A stretch of DNA of 48,676 nucleotides from IMG/VR virus record IMGVR_UViG_3300048579_000428, positions 1 to 48,676 of that record. One strand, written 5' to 3'. The translations under genes and the position numbers were made by a program. The stretch is from a virus (taxonomy: Duplodnaviria; Caudoviricetes). The notes below the pieces were generated by a model. The model did no database searches. It was not told the DNA's origin and saw nothing but the letters and a program-made list of their open reading frames with translations. Positions 15,524 through 25,250 of this stretch are shown piece after piece; the first letter of the stretch is position 1, and every line of letters begins with the position of its first letter.

Positions 15524-17113
15524 CTACCTGAATGCGAAGCCTGAACTATGTAATACCTCACTAATCAACTTCTGCTTTAGTACTGCATCGTTAATCATAT
15601 CAAACGCATCACTAAAGTGTGTTGTCTCGGTTTGGTCCAATGTACTCTCTAACTCACCTGACTTATCTTTCTTCGTCTTATTACCTACTGTCTTTGCTGC
15701 TGAACCCTGAATACTAATGATCAGCTTCTCACATTTAGAATTGACCCTGATATCATAATACTCACCCTTGGCATTATCCATCCAGTCTTTAGTGTCCACG
15801 TACTTATCATAGTGCTCTGGTGCCTGTCCCGTGTATATGGGGTATACAGTCCAGCCATACTTCTCAAACTCACTTACTACTATCTCAGTGTAAGAGTCTG
15901 CGTCTAACCTCTTGCCCTTTGCGGTATGGTCATACACATAATAGACTGCCTTAACCAGGTGATTCTTGTACTTATTGCAGAACTTTTTAACCGCTTCCCG
16001 CAACCCTTCCGGGTATACCGAATAGACCTCATCAACATAGTTAAGACTTACCCGATCAGCACCTGGCAGGGTTGACAATTGAGCAATAGGCATAGGAGCA
16101 ACGGTATGCTGATAGTCAAACGCAATAATAAAAAGGGCGTGTGGATCCACATCATCCGGATGCTGGTAAACATTCTTCTCTATAGAGAATGACGGATAGA
16201 AGGCCTCCCCTGGCGTATCTGGATCCTTATTCAGGTAGATCACATCCCAATCTCTTTTCTTGGCACCCCGCTTTTTACTGTAATACCACTTATCGCCCAG
16301 GATCGGCCGGACATCATCAGCATTAACCTCACTTACATATACTAGCTTAGAACGAAGCCGGGCGAGAAGTAATTCATCCTCATATATCTGCTTTTTAAGT
16401 TTGGCCTCCTCCGATTTTTTACAGCCCTCTAGTTGCTCGATCAGATCATACATGCCCAGCTGCAGGGCTTTCACCAGTTCAACCTTTCTTTTATCGACTA
16501 GCTTCCGCTTTTTCAGCAGCCACTGAATATAAACCGGATCCGCATTTTTATCCGTGCTGAAGAATTTACTCAGGTACCCTGAGCAATTTTTGAAAATCGG
16601 GTCCGATATCTCAATAGGCCTGATGATAGGAAAAATTTCATCTTCCAACTCTTTCTCATCCATAAACTTACACTCGTCATAATAAGACCATTGAGCGGAT
16701 ACCCCGTTCGCGGATGCCTTACGCCGTAGTGATATCAACTGAATAGTTGTCCCATTTGACCAAGTCCACGCGTGCTTATAAGTTGGATCCAGCACACCAC
16801 TGTAGGGCTTTGGCCAGTGATCAGGCGGCCGCTTCATAATTACATAATGTTCACCCTCGTTGATACCCCTCGATGCCAGGAATGATTTTAGCGGCGGCAA
16901 GGTGTTATCCATTAGGTGCTCGAATGATATACCAATGATGGCACCGGTGGATCTTGGCATTTCGTAAACCCGCCGCAAAATATACAACGACCCGGCCAGC
17001 CAGGTCTTTAAGGATCCACGGGATCCGAATAAATATGTTTCATTCGCATCGATCAGGTGCGCCTCAGCATGTGCCGCCGGCGTGAGTGTTGGATAGTGCT
17101 GTTTCTCACTCAT
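15524..17113 (-). CDS. terL: Terminase large subunit
   Basis: Deviant Walker A GSRGSLKT, Walker B YYDE, nuclease acidic motifs IAFDY and THFSDAFD. Confidence 0.85.
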   Translation of the reverse strand: MSEKQHYPTLTPAAHAEAHLIDANETYLFGSRGSLKTWLAGSLYILRRVYEMPRSTGAIIGISFEHLMDNTLPPLKSFLASRGINEGEHYVIMKRPPDHWPKPYSGVLDPTYKHAWTWSNGTTIQLISLRRKASANGVSAQWSYYDECKFMDEKELEDEIFPIIRPIEISDPIFKNCSGYLSKFFSTDKNADPVYIQWLLKKRKLVDKRKVELVKALQLGMYDLIEQLEGCKKSEEAKLKKQIYEDELLLARLRSKLVYVSEVNADDVRPILGDKWYYSKKRGAKKRDWDVIYLNKDPDTPGEAFYPSFSIEKNVYQHPDDVDPHALFIIAFDYQHTVAPMPIAQLSTLPGADRVSLNYVDEVYSVYPEGLREAVKKFCNKYKNHLVKAVYYVYDHTAKGKRLDADSYTEIVVSEFEKYGWTVYPIYTGQAPEHYDKYVDTKDWMDNAKGEYYDIRVNSKCEKLIISIQGSAAKTVGNKTKKDKSGELESTLDQTETTHFSDAFDMINDAVLKQKLISEVLHSSGFAFR

Positions 17114-17693
17114 CTTTCTTTACCTCCTCAAAATCGATATCAGTTATATCCTTGTCTTCATGTTTCAGTATCTCTTCAGCTTCTGCCCGGGCTTGCTCTG
17201 CAGTTATATCCGGTTTTGACATCGAGCCCTTAATATCCAGGATGATCACTGGTGCTGGGGTGTCAGGTAGCTGCAACTGAACTGGGAGTTCGGCGATCGC
17301 CCTGGTCTTTTCCGCATATAGCTTTGGTAGGAGATGAGCCAGGCTTTTATCATTCTCCCACTGTACAATTTTCCGCTCGATTGCTTCAATGTGCAGTTTT
17401 AGGGTATATCGCTTATAGTCTTCTGTAACGGTAGAGAAAAGTATATACGTCTTCTCGATATCGGCCCTGGCCGTGTACTGCGATATGCCAAACTTATCTT
17501 TGACTTTTTGAATAACCTGCTCACTGCTATACTTACGCTCAGACAAAAGGGCGTTGGTATAGATTAACCTGGTCAGGATCATTTCTTCCTCTGCAGTGAG
17601 CACAACTCCACTCTCAGAGTTACTCATAAAGCGCTGGATCCTGCTCAGCGCATCTGTTTTTTGCTGCTCCCTTATGGTTAATGATTTACTCAT
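17106..17693 (-). CDS. Packaging-module protein (possible terminase small subunit)
   Basis: Directly upstream of terL; KFGISQYTARADI HTH-like segment. Confidence 0.5.
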   Translation of the reverse strand: MSKSLTIREQQKTDALSRIQRFMSNSESGVVLTAEEEMILTRLIYTNALLSERKYSSEQVIQKVKDKFGISQYTARADIEKTYILFSTVTEDYKRYTLKLHIEAIERKIVQWENDKSLAHLLPKLYAEKTRAIAELPVQLQLPDTPAPVIILDIKGSMSKPDITAEQARAEAEEILKHEDKDITDIDFEEVKKDE

Positions 17694-17988
17694 TCATTGG
17701 ATTTTTGTAAGCACACTCGTCCAGGATCTTCTTGGCCAGCGTCTGGGCCGGTGAGGATCCATTGCCGGCATCTTTGAAGATCCGGACGCGCAGCTTGTAT
17801 TCTGCTTCCAGGAAGCCCTTACGATATCTTTTATAAACCAAGCTGCATCGATTACGGTATAGGTCCATAAATTGGCCTTCAGACATTTCCAACACTTCTG
17901 CGATCTGCTCAGGTATAAATCCGGTGGCTGCCATATCCTCGATGGTCTGGAATTGTTTTTCTGAAATATCATTTTCTGTCAAAAGCAT
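17686..17988 (-). CDS. Small HTH-like packaging-module protein
   Basis: FIPEQIAEVLEMS; YRKG...A.NGSSPAQ pattern resembling TerS-like proteins. Confidence 0.5.
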   Translation of the reverse strand: MLLTENDISEKQFQTIEDMAATGFIPEQIAEVLEMSEGQFMDLYRNRCSLVYKRYRKGFLEAEYKLRVRIFKDAGNGSSPAQTLAKKILDECAYKNPMNE

Positions 17989-18526
17989 CAGTTATCCATT
18001 TTTTGTGAAAAAGAGCCGCGTCCCGATCGGCGAGGATCACTCCGGACTCATAGCGCTTATTAGAAGTATAATTTGCACTGCCTACAACGGCGATCAGATG
18101 ATGATCATTCTCGATAACCGTAACCTTTGCATGAGTATGCACCAGCTGCAGCCGGGTGGCAATATTCCGGATGATATTTAAAGCACTGGCACTTCTTACA
18201 TCGAGGCGCTTATCGATCAGGCAGTGCAACTCCCGGATAACGCCCCTGCTCTTAAAATCCGCGATCAGGCGGGCGGGGAATTCACTGAACGCATAAGAAC
18301 TGAGATATACATTTGCCGGCCCGGTTTTCTCGAGAAGACTAAGTAACATATCGTGCATGCTCCAGTCACCATCTGTCACCCATAAAATACAACGACCGGT
18401 GGCCACCAGGTCAATTACTTCCACCAGCTTCATAGTTGAAGGCATTTCGATATCACCATCAAACCGCTGGCCAGCGCCTGCAGATGGCTTTTCATCCTGG
18501 TCACTTTGTTCTGTGTCAAAAAGCAT
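17969..18526 (-). CDS. Phospholipase D-family (HKD) nuclease-like protein
   Basis: HAKVTVIE...GSANYT single HKD-type motif. Confidence 0.8.
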   Translation of the reverse strand: MLFDTEQSDQDEKPSAGAGQRFDGDIEMPSTMKLVEVIDLVATGRCILWVTDGDWSMHDMLLSLLEKTGPANVYLSSYAFSEFPARLIADFKSRGVIRELHCLIDKRLDVRSASALNIIRNIATRLQLVHTHAKVTVIENDHHLIAVVGSANYTSNKRYESGVILADRDAALFHKKWITDAFDRK

Positions 18527-19254
18527 TATTTGAGATTTAATTCTTTTTTGTAATGGGAGACAAACCACTCATGCTTCTGCAGCTGGTGGGCCAGATTAGT
18601 ATTACCTGGCGATTTTGCCAGTTTGGCTTTATAGTCCCTTACATACTTCTGGTGGTTGGCTAGCTTCACCGGCATCTGCTTAAAATCGATGCAGGGTTCC
18701 CCGTATGGCCGTTTATCTGGCAGCTGGCCATTTTTACGGTACATATCCCTTTCCTGGTAGATCTGATCCAGCTGATCATCCAGATCCAGGATCCGCAGGG
18801 CCATGCGCCCGGCCTCAATTTTTTTGAGCGGGTCCGTTTTCCCGGCACGGGCGATATCACCCACCCGGGCGGTCAGGTTCATCAGCTCCAGAAAGAGGGG
18901 TTTCCAGTTTGTGTGTAAAGCCAGCTCCGTGGGATCCTTGTCTTCGCTCCAGCCCTTTTCAGGGGTAAAGTCAGGGAAAGGGCTGCTCTGTGGGATCGTC
19001 GGTTTTTGGGGATCTAATGGCTTTACAAGGCCAGGAGTTCGGATAATCGGCTTAGCGGGTATAGGTTGGGATGGGGCTGGTTCCGTGGTGATCAGCTGTT
19101 CCAGGACTTCCAGGAGTCGTTTTTTCTTATAATCGGTAACCTGTGTCTCTGCAAAAGAGCGTTTCAGTGCCAGGTCCTTTCCATAAATCGCGTAAAGGCG
19201 AACGCCCGCATGATAATCCTGCTTCCCATTCAGCCAAATCCGGATTGCTTCCAT
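18526..19254 (-). CDS. Hypothetical protein, first gene of packaging operon
   Basis: 242 aa, directly after a late-promoter motif. Confidence 0.7.
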   Translation of the reverse strand: MEAIRIWLNGKQDYHAGVRLYAIYGKDLALKRSFAETQVTDYKKKRLLEVLEQLITTEPAPSQPIPAKPIIRTPGLVKPLDPQKPTIPQSSPFPDFTPEKGWSEDKDPTELALHTNWKPLFLELMNLTARVGDIARAGKTDPLKKIEAGRMALRILDLDDQLDQIYQERDMYRKNGQLPDKRPYGEPCIDFKQMPVKLANHQKYVRDYKAKLAKSPGNTNLAHQLQKHEWFVSHYKKELNLK

Positions 19255-19258
19255 TGGG

Positions 19259-19297
19259 TGAATTTCGGCGGATGTTTACATCCGGGAAAGGACAGAC
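19259..19297 (-). promoter_or_regulatory. Putative late promoter copy 1
   Basis: GTCTGTCCTTTCCC-N17-GAAATTCA-N4-ATG. Confidence 0.7.
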
Positions 19298-19300
19298 AGG

Positions 19301-19597
19301 CTATTTTTTACGCATAAGCCATTCCAATTCAGTGCCGGATACATTTTCTTCCCTGTAACCGAGGTAACGCATGGCCCGGACAAAATCCTCTGGTGACATC
19401 CAGACATATATCTCTTTGCCGACAATACCCTGCGGCACGCCATGATGCGCTTCAATGGCCCGGATGATTTCGGTGGATGAGAATTGTTTGTCGGACATTT
19501 CCCGGCTGCTAGGTTCATAGGGTTCAAGGAAAAGCCTTAGGGATTCATACCAGGGCAAATCTGGCACTGGGGTGAGTTCTGATTTATCGGTCGTCAT
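19301..19597 (-). CDS. Hypothetical protein with structured leader
   Basis: Likely start MTTDKSEL at 19597; own promoter TATATTTG at 19712-19719. Confidence 0.6.
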   Translation of the reverse strand: MTTDKSELTPVPDLPWYESLRLFLEPYEPSSREMSDKQFSSTEIIRAIEAHHGVPQGIVGKEIYVWMSPEDFVRAMRYLGYREENVSGTELEWLMRKK

Positions 19598-19721
19598 TTG
19601 GGAGTATTTAGGCTCCCCCCAGGAGCTGACGACACTCGTGCCCGGGACCCTTACGGGACTCCCGACTCCTAGGGGGGAGAAAAAAAATATAAGAGCTGAG
19701 TGTCGTCGCGACAAATATAGG

Positions 19722-21482
19722 CTAAAGTCGGATGCAAACGCACTGAATCAAGCCCTTATAAGGCACAGAACTTTTGATATTACGTATGAATAACTGAATG
19801 CCGTTAATTACAATGCGATCGGAAAATTTCAGTACCATGTACTCATGCACCGGCAGGTATAGGTTAACCTCATATTCCTCCTCCCCGTTGATCAGCGTAA
19901 GAAACCGCGCCCAGAATGTTTTGTATAATCCGATATCGGTGCCATCTGGCTTATAGCATGTAAAGGTCAAGCCCCAGTCTGCCAGCTGGCTACCATCCAT
20001 GCTAAAAACAGAAGAGCTACCCAGCGGATATTCTAAAGTACCTGGATCAGGATTATCCAGAGCCTGAAGTCCATGGTAATAACACAGGTAAAGGGGAAAA
20101 TCTACTGGCTCAAAATTATTGTGAATAGATTCGATATCATCATCGATCAGTGGTACCAAAATTTTACGGCTGTAAAAATCTGTATATACTTCCATTCCCG
20201 GAATGAGCGCCTTAGTGGAGATTTCATTATTCTTACCTGCAGGGGCATAATCATTATTATTATCACCAAGGTCCTGCCAGTTCCAGTTGTCATCTGTCTC
20301 GTTTTGTTTACAGATCACATACTTATTTTCCATAGAAATGTAATAGGACTGATCATGCAGCGCCTCAATGGCAGTGGGCAGATCCTCACGGCTGGCCAGC
20401 TCTCCCTGGTACAGGGTATTCTCCAGGGAAAGTGATCCGCGGCCATCTGCATATACCAGTCCGTAAATAGATTTTTCATCTTTAATAGCCTTCGGTAGTA
20501 ACGGACTGGCCTTACCAGTCATATCCACAACAGGCATATCAACCAAGCTGTCTACCTTTTCAATCTTTAAATGACGACGAACCCGGTCAAACGACAGGTG
20601 TAACCCCAACTTATTTTTAAGGGCAATAAGAAAAGCCCCTATCTCCATATCCGGCAGGTGCTGGTTCAGATTGAAAGTTATAGAGCTGTATGGGTGATGA
20701 TCAATTACCTCACCTGACTTAGTAATATAAGCCCAGTCAATTGACCTGGTATTTACGATGGTGATTTTTCTGAAATTATCATCTTCCAGGATATCTCCGG
20801 AGACCGTCCATCCAAGTGAGGACATCATTTTTTTGATGATATAATGCAGATAAGGGAATGGACAAAACTGGCCACGCATAATCCATCGGTCATTCGCTAC
20901 ATCAAAATAAACTTTGTTGATCAACCGGTCATAATCAGCACGGTCCGGGTCGGTGCTGGTGGTTATAGCCTGATTATTACGGACCGGGAAAAAGGCATAA
21001 TCGAAAGAATTAGGGGCGGAAAAAAATACATCGTTCAGGTGTTTCCAGAATCCGGTACCTGTGGTAATATATCCGTCCCAGTCAAATGTACGGTCGCCGC
21101 CGGCATCGATGCTGCGAAGGCTTTTCCCCTTAGCATCCTGCCAGAAATTACTAGCCTTGGTCAGAAAATAACAGTCGATCGTGGTGGCAGATCTGCGGTT
21201 GATGTTGGTATGAACTTTTTCAATCTTCACTTTGCCAGCTGCCACCTGCAAGCTGTTATCATATAACATTGCATCCACACCGGCAGTGTTTACGCGGATC
21301 TGTGGCACACCCGGGTAACCCAGGAGCCGGTCATTCTTCTCAGTACAACGGACATTGAACGGATAAGAGAACTCCCCCATCAGGTTTTCATCAAACTGAA
21401 GGAAAGGATTCTGGTCCTCCATTTCGATGTTGGTGCCTTGGGAAAGATCCAGAAACTCATTGCCGATTTGAATACCCGTCAT
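19722..21482 (-). CDS. Putative tail tip/baseplate hub protein
   Basis: 586 aa; NPFLQF...GEFSYPF N-terminus typical of siphovirus tail proteins; late-module position. Confidence 0.6.
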   Translation of the reverse strand: MTGIQIGNEFLDLSQGTNIEMEDQNPFLQFDENLMGEFSYPFNVRCTEKNDRLLGYPGVPQIRVNTAGVDAMLYDNSLQVAAGKVKIEKVHTNINRRSATTIDCYFLTKASNFWQDAKGKSLRSIDAGGDRTFDWDGYITTGTGFWKHLNDVFFSAPNSFDYAFFPVRNNQAITTSTDPDRADYDRLINKVYFDVANDRWIMRGQFCPFPYLHYIIKKMMSSLGWTVSGDILEDDNFRKITIVNTRSIDWAYITKSGEVIDHHPYSSITFNLNQHLPDMEIGAFLIALKNKLGLHLSFDRVRRHLKIEKVDSLVDMPVVDMTGKASPLLPKAIKDEKSIYGLVYADGRGSLSLENTLYQGELASREDLPTAIEALHDQSYYISMENKYVICKQNETDDNWNWQDLGDNNNDYAPAGKNNEISTKALIPGMEVYTDFYSRKILVPLIDDDIESIHNNFEPVDFPLYLCYYHGLQALDNPDPGTLEYPLGSSSVFSMDGSQLADWGLTFTCYKPDGTDIGLYKTFWARFLTLINGEEEYEVNLYLPVHEYMVLKFSDRIVINGIQLFIRNIKSSVPYKGLIQCVCIRL

Positions 21483-23602
21483 ACTAAACGAAGTTTTATT
21501 TCCATGTTATCGGTGATCAGGAAGGCAGCTGCAGCAAATGTGAATGCACCGGAACTATCTATCTCAAGAGTTTGTATAGGTGTTCCGTTTTTGATCAGAT
21601 CCAGCTCGTGGCTGAAAGAATCAATGATCAGTGTAACGGTAATGGCCGTGCTGATGGCATCTGCCATGATGCCGGCTGCCTGGCTACCTGATACTACCGG
21701 AATAGATCCGGTGCTGATGGTATAGAAAGCAGGTGTATTGGGCTGTATCTTTTTTATAATGCTGGATCCATATCCTTCATTGGTGGCCAGGAAATCTCCA
21801 TTACTGGCGCCGGCAATCACATCAATGGTATCGCTGTATGACTTAGTGCCGGCACCGCTACAGTTATCCAGGTCAAAGGATACAGTAATACCGGTACCCA
21901 CATCTCCTCCCGTGGGTGTGCCGTTGACCACCACGGCACTGCCAGATACTCCCATGGTCATCCAGGAAGGCTTTACAATATTGGTAATGTTTATTGGTGC
22001 GGTACCTGTCAATGGAATGGAATAACTGTAAGCCACTCCCACCACTGCATTGGGCAGATAAATGGGTTCTCCGGAAATACCGACATTAACACAGGCTGGC
22101 TCTACTGTAACGGTAATATACATGGGTGTACCAAGATAGTACTCGCCACCGATCAGGCAGACCGGCTGCACCTTAATTACATTATCCCCTACCGGCAGCC
22201 AGGGAATCGTATAGCTGAGACCAATTGTCTCACCTGGTGCGCCACCACTTACTGCAGGTGTACTTACCTGGTATTTATTCGGGGCTCCTGTCACAAGACT
22301 CCAGCTGATCACCCAGCCGGTACCAGGTACATAGTTCCAGTCCAGATCACCGATCACTGCGGTACACGCCGGGCCTACCACCACAGCTGCTTCTGCCATG
22401 TTAACTGAGTCAGGAGTGTAATGCAGATTGCCACCACTGGCAATGGTCCATTCCAGTGGCATATCAAATAGCTGATCTTTTGAAGTCAGCAGCTGCTGTG
22501 TACCAGTTAGAAGCAATATAGGCAACCATTTTTCCTGACGTTCCTGCCATACTTCGCGCTTCAGATGCAGATCGCGGATACGGTCCTGCTGTTCTTTTCC
22601 CAGGTGGCCAATATTCCCCTTCATCACTTTCAGCTCGGTGCTGTTCTCAGCACCTACCCTGCCTTTGATAAAATAATTGCTGAAATAATCGTGCAGAACA
22701 ATTCGTTCAGTTTGGGAGAACTCCCGCTGAGCAGTGTAATCGATCACCCCGCGGATCCGGGCGGGGTCCAGTCCACCCAGGCTGTTACGATAATGAAGCG
22801 TGGTGGCGTTTTCATCCGGACGGTTATCCAGGTAAAAACGGAACAACTCAGATACTGGCTCATAAGGGTTGGTCCCGGTATTCATGACCTGAATTTCCCA
22901 CCAGTAAATATGTTTAGCCGGATCAATGATTTCCAGCTGCAGCTGAGTAGCGCCAACTGGAAAATAACCGATCTGGTTTTCATTGACCGGGTTGTCATAA
23001 TACGCGACGTTCTCACTGCCATCTGTAAAGCGGACTGTTCTTTTGATCCGGATATCACCAGGGTAAATTTCAGTCAGGTTAAGCCAGGCGAGCCATATCT
23101 TTTCATCAACAGAGTGAAGATCACCTGATTTCTTCCATGTCAGGAATGGCTTAGTGATATCAAAATAGTTTGTCCAATAATTATCTCCTCTCCACTGCTC
23201 AAAAGAAATGCCTCCCTTTACGACAAGCAATTCATTCTCCTCCTCAGTTTCGGTCCAGTCAGGATCCGGCTCAGCTGTGGTGATTTCCCGATAGTGGATA
23301 TAAAATTTACCGGTGGCCTTGGAAGATAAGTAAGGAGAAATGCCGTCCACCAGGTAAGGTAGTTCGTGCTCGAGCAAGCCATCAAGGATATCCTGGATAT
23401 CGATTTTTGCAGTGCCCTTAACGGGTGTATAAGGAAACTCGATGATGTTGGAAAAATCAGCCTGATCCAGTCGTTTAAATAAAACGCGGATCTGGAAATA
23501 AATAGTCGCATCTGCCTCTGCAGCTGCAGAGTAAAGCCGGTAATGGATCGGGTTGCCCGACCAGTTACGCGTATAGGGACGTTGTAAAACGGTAATAGCC
23601 AT
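21479..23602 (-). CDS. Putative tail protein with C-terminal Ig-like domains
   Basis: YRNSLGGLD motif; beta-rich C-terminus with PSWMT...VNGTPT Ig-like repeat. Confidence 0.6.
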   Translation of the reverse strand: MAITVLQRPYTRNWSGNPIHYRLYSAAAEADATIYFQIRVLFKRLDQADFSNIIEFPYTPVKGTAKIDIQDILDGLLEHELPYLVDGISPYLSSKATGKFYIHYREITTAEPDPDWTETEEENELLVVKGGISFEQWRGDNYWTNYFDITKPFLTWKKSGDLHSVDEKIWLAWLNLTEIYPGDIRIKRTVRFTDGSENVAYYDNPVNENQIGYFPVGATQLQLEIIDPAKHIYWWEIQVMNTGTNPYEPVSELFRFYLDNRPDENATTLHYRNSLGGLDPARIRGVIDYTAQREFSQTERIVLHDYFSNYFIKGRVGAENSTELKVMKGNIGHLGKEQQDRIRDLHLKREVWQERQEKWLPILLLTGTQQLLTSKDQLFDMPLEWTIASGGNLHYTPDSVNMAEAAVVVGPACTAVIGDLDWNYVPGTGWVISWSLVTGAPNKYQVSTPAVSGGAPGETIGLSYTIPWLPVGDNVIKVQPVCLIGGEYYLGTPMYITVTVEPACVNVGISGEPIYLPNAVVGVAYSYSIPLTGTAPINITNIVKPSWMTMGVSGSAVVVNGTPTGGDVGTGITVSFDLDNCSGAGTKSYSDTIDVIAGASNGDFLATNEGYGSSIIKKIQPNTPAFYTISTGSIPVVSGSQAAGIMADAISTAITVTLIIDSFSHELDLIKNGTPIQTLEIDSSGAFTFAAAAFLITDNMEIKLRLV

Positions 23603-24447
23603 CAGGTGTATATATAGATTTCAATAATTTCTGCTGTCTTCACACTGCCAACAAAATCCAGTTCGTTTGAAGTTTTAAGATGCTTCACGCGCCGGTCGAT
23701 GGATCCGGTCCAGTCAATATTGCCAGTCATGTCATCTACCGGCAGGGGCTTGCCATCTACCAGGCACAGCACGTTCCGATCGGCCAGCTTGTTATGAGTT
23801 ATCAGCGTATCACCCTGGTTGAGCAGGGCGCCGGTGGCTCCCACTTCAAAGCGGGCAAACAGCTTAAATGTCCGGATAGCAGTATCCTGGCCATCGATCA
23901 CCATTGAGTTTTCAGAATTATCCCAGGCAGTTTCATCGTACTCCGGCATGTAGGATCCGAATGGAATGTTCAGTATCCATCCGTAATAATCATCCAGCCA
24001 TGGTTGATCCTGGATCGGGTTCCATGTTACGCGCTCAGGCTGCAGATCCTCCAGGGCGTTACAGCCTTCCTGAAAATCCTTCTCCATCTTGGTCCAGTAC
24101 TGGAACATTATTTTCTCTGCAGTCTTGATGGCATCATTGATCGCAGCCGTTTCATTGGCGGTACCGGTTTTCTTTTTACTGGCGAAAAGCAGCTGCAGTG
24201 TATACAGCAGGCTCTGATCATCTACTTCCCCGGTACGTTGGCCATAGCAATCGGCGACGACCACAATGTTTTCGCCCGCACAGTTCACAATAGCCCGGAT
24301 ATGCTCCTCGCTTTCAAATCGGGCAAATGTCCGCTGGCCAGCTGGGGCTACCTCTGTGGGCTTATTGTGAGCTACCAGCTTATTCAGCTCGCTGGCATCT
24401 TCCAGGTAATCCTGAACGCCATCGAAGTATATTGACTCTACGCTCAT
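23602..24447 (-). CDS. Putative structural protein (tail terminator-like) with duplicated C-terminal domain
   Basis: Acidic; last ~85 aa clearly similar to C-terminus of 44234..45046. Confidence 0.55.
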   Translation of the reverse strand: MSVESIYFDGVQDYLEDASELNKLVAHNKPTEVAPAGQRTFARFESEEHIRAIVNCAGENIVVVADCYGQRTGEVDDQSLLYTLQLLFASKKKTGTANETAAINDAIKTAEKIMFQYWTKMEKDFQEGCNALEDLQPERVTWNPIQDQPWLDDYYGWILNIPFGSYMPEYDETAWDNSENSMVIDGQDTAIRTFKLFARFEVGATGALLNQGDTLITHNKLADRNVLCLVDGKPLPVDDMTGNIDWTGSIDRRVKHLKTSNELDFVGSVKTAEIIEIYIYT

Positions 24448-25250
24448 TGCTTATACTTTTTTTCCTCAGCCTTTGCTTTGGCTATACTATCATTCAGCTG
24501 CAGCATAACGGTTTTTACAAATTGATTTTCGACATCTTTCAGTGTTCCCATGGATCCAGCCTCTGCCACACTGAGCATTACACTGATCAGTCCGTACTTC
24601 GAAACATCACCGGATCCGGATCCGCCAAACACTTCATCGTTTTCTTCTACCAGCTGCCAGCGACAGGCATCGTACCAGTGGGCGATCGCCAGCTTCACAG
24701 ACAGTGGCCAACGGCGAATGATCTTCATTGACCGATAAAGCGAACGGTTAAAATTGAATTCCTCCCTTACATCTCCCTCCGGATTGATTGTTTTATCGTA
24801 TGGCATCAGGCCCAGGTACCGGCCAGGGCGCAGCGGGCGGTACAGCACGGAAATAAAATCATTGAGCAGTGATTTATCATCCCTGTTCTCACTCCAACGC
24901 ATGAAGAGGTTATCACAGATCACCAGTTCTTTCATCAGCAGGTTATCAAAATCGCTTTCAGGTCCATACAGCCCATCGTATTCAGGAAGCAATTGCTTTG
25001 TGAACATGGTTTCTTTCGCCAGTAGAAAATCAGACAGGTAAAGAAATTCCTGCAGCTCAGTAGGCTTGCTTCGGAAAAACCGCCACCATCCCATACCGGT
25101 GAGGATCTTCAGCAGCTTCAGCCTGGCCTGCTCTTCGGTGTACTGCTTTACAAACAGGCAGTCCATAATAGCGATCACCTGCCGGCCGGAGAGTTCATTC
25201 CAGCTGGCGGGCACCAGGTACATTTTTTTATTGAGCTCGATAAGGGTCAT
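24444..25250 (-). CDS. Late protein, possible tail assembly chaperone
   Basis: VPASWNELS N-terminal motif, helical, in structural operon. Confidence 0.45.
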   Translation of the reverse strand: MTLIELNKKMYLVPASWNELSGRQVIAIMDCLFVKQYTEEQARLKLLKILTGMGWWRFFRSKPTELQEFLYLSDFLLAKETMFTKQLLPEYDGLYGPESDFDNLLMKELVICDNLFMRWSENRDDKSLLNDFISVLYRPLRPGRYLGLMPYDKTINPEGDVREEFNFNRSLYRSMKIIRRWPLSVKLAIAHWYDACRWQLVEENDEVFGGSGSGDVSKYGLISVMLSVAEAGSMGTLKDVENQFVKTVMLQLNDSIAKAKAEEKKYKQ

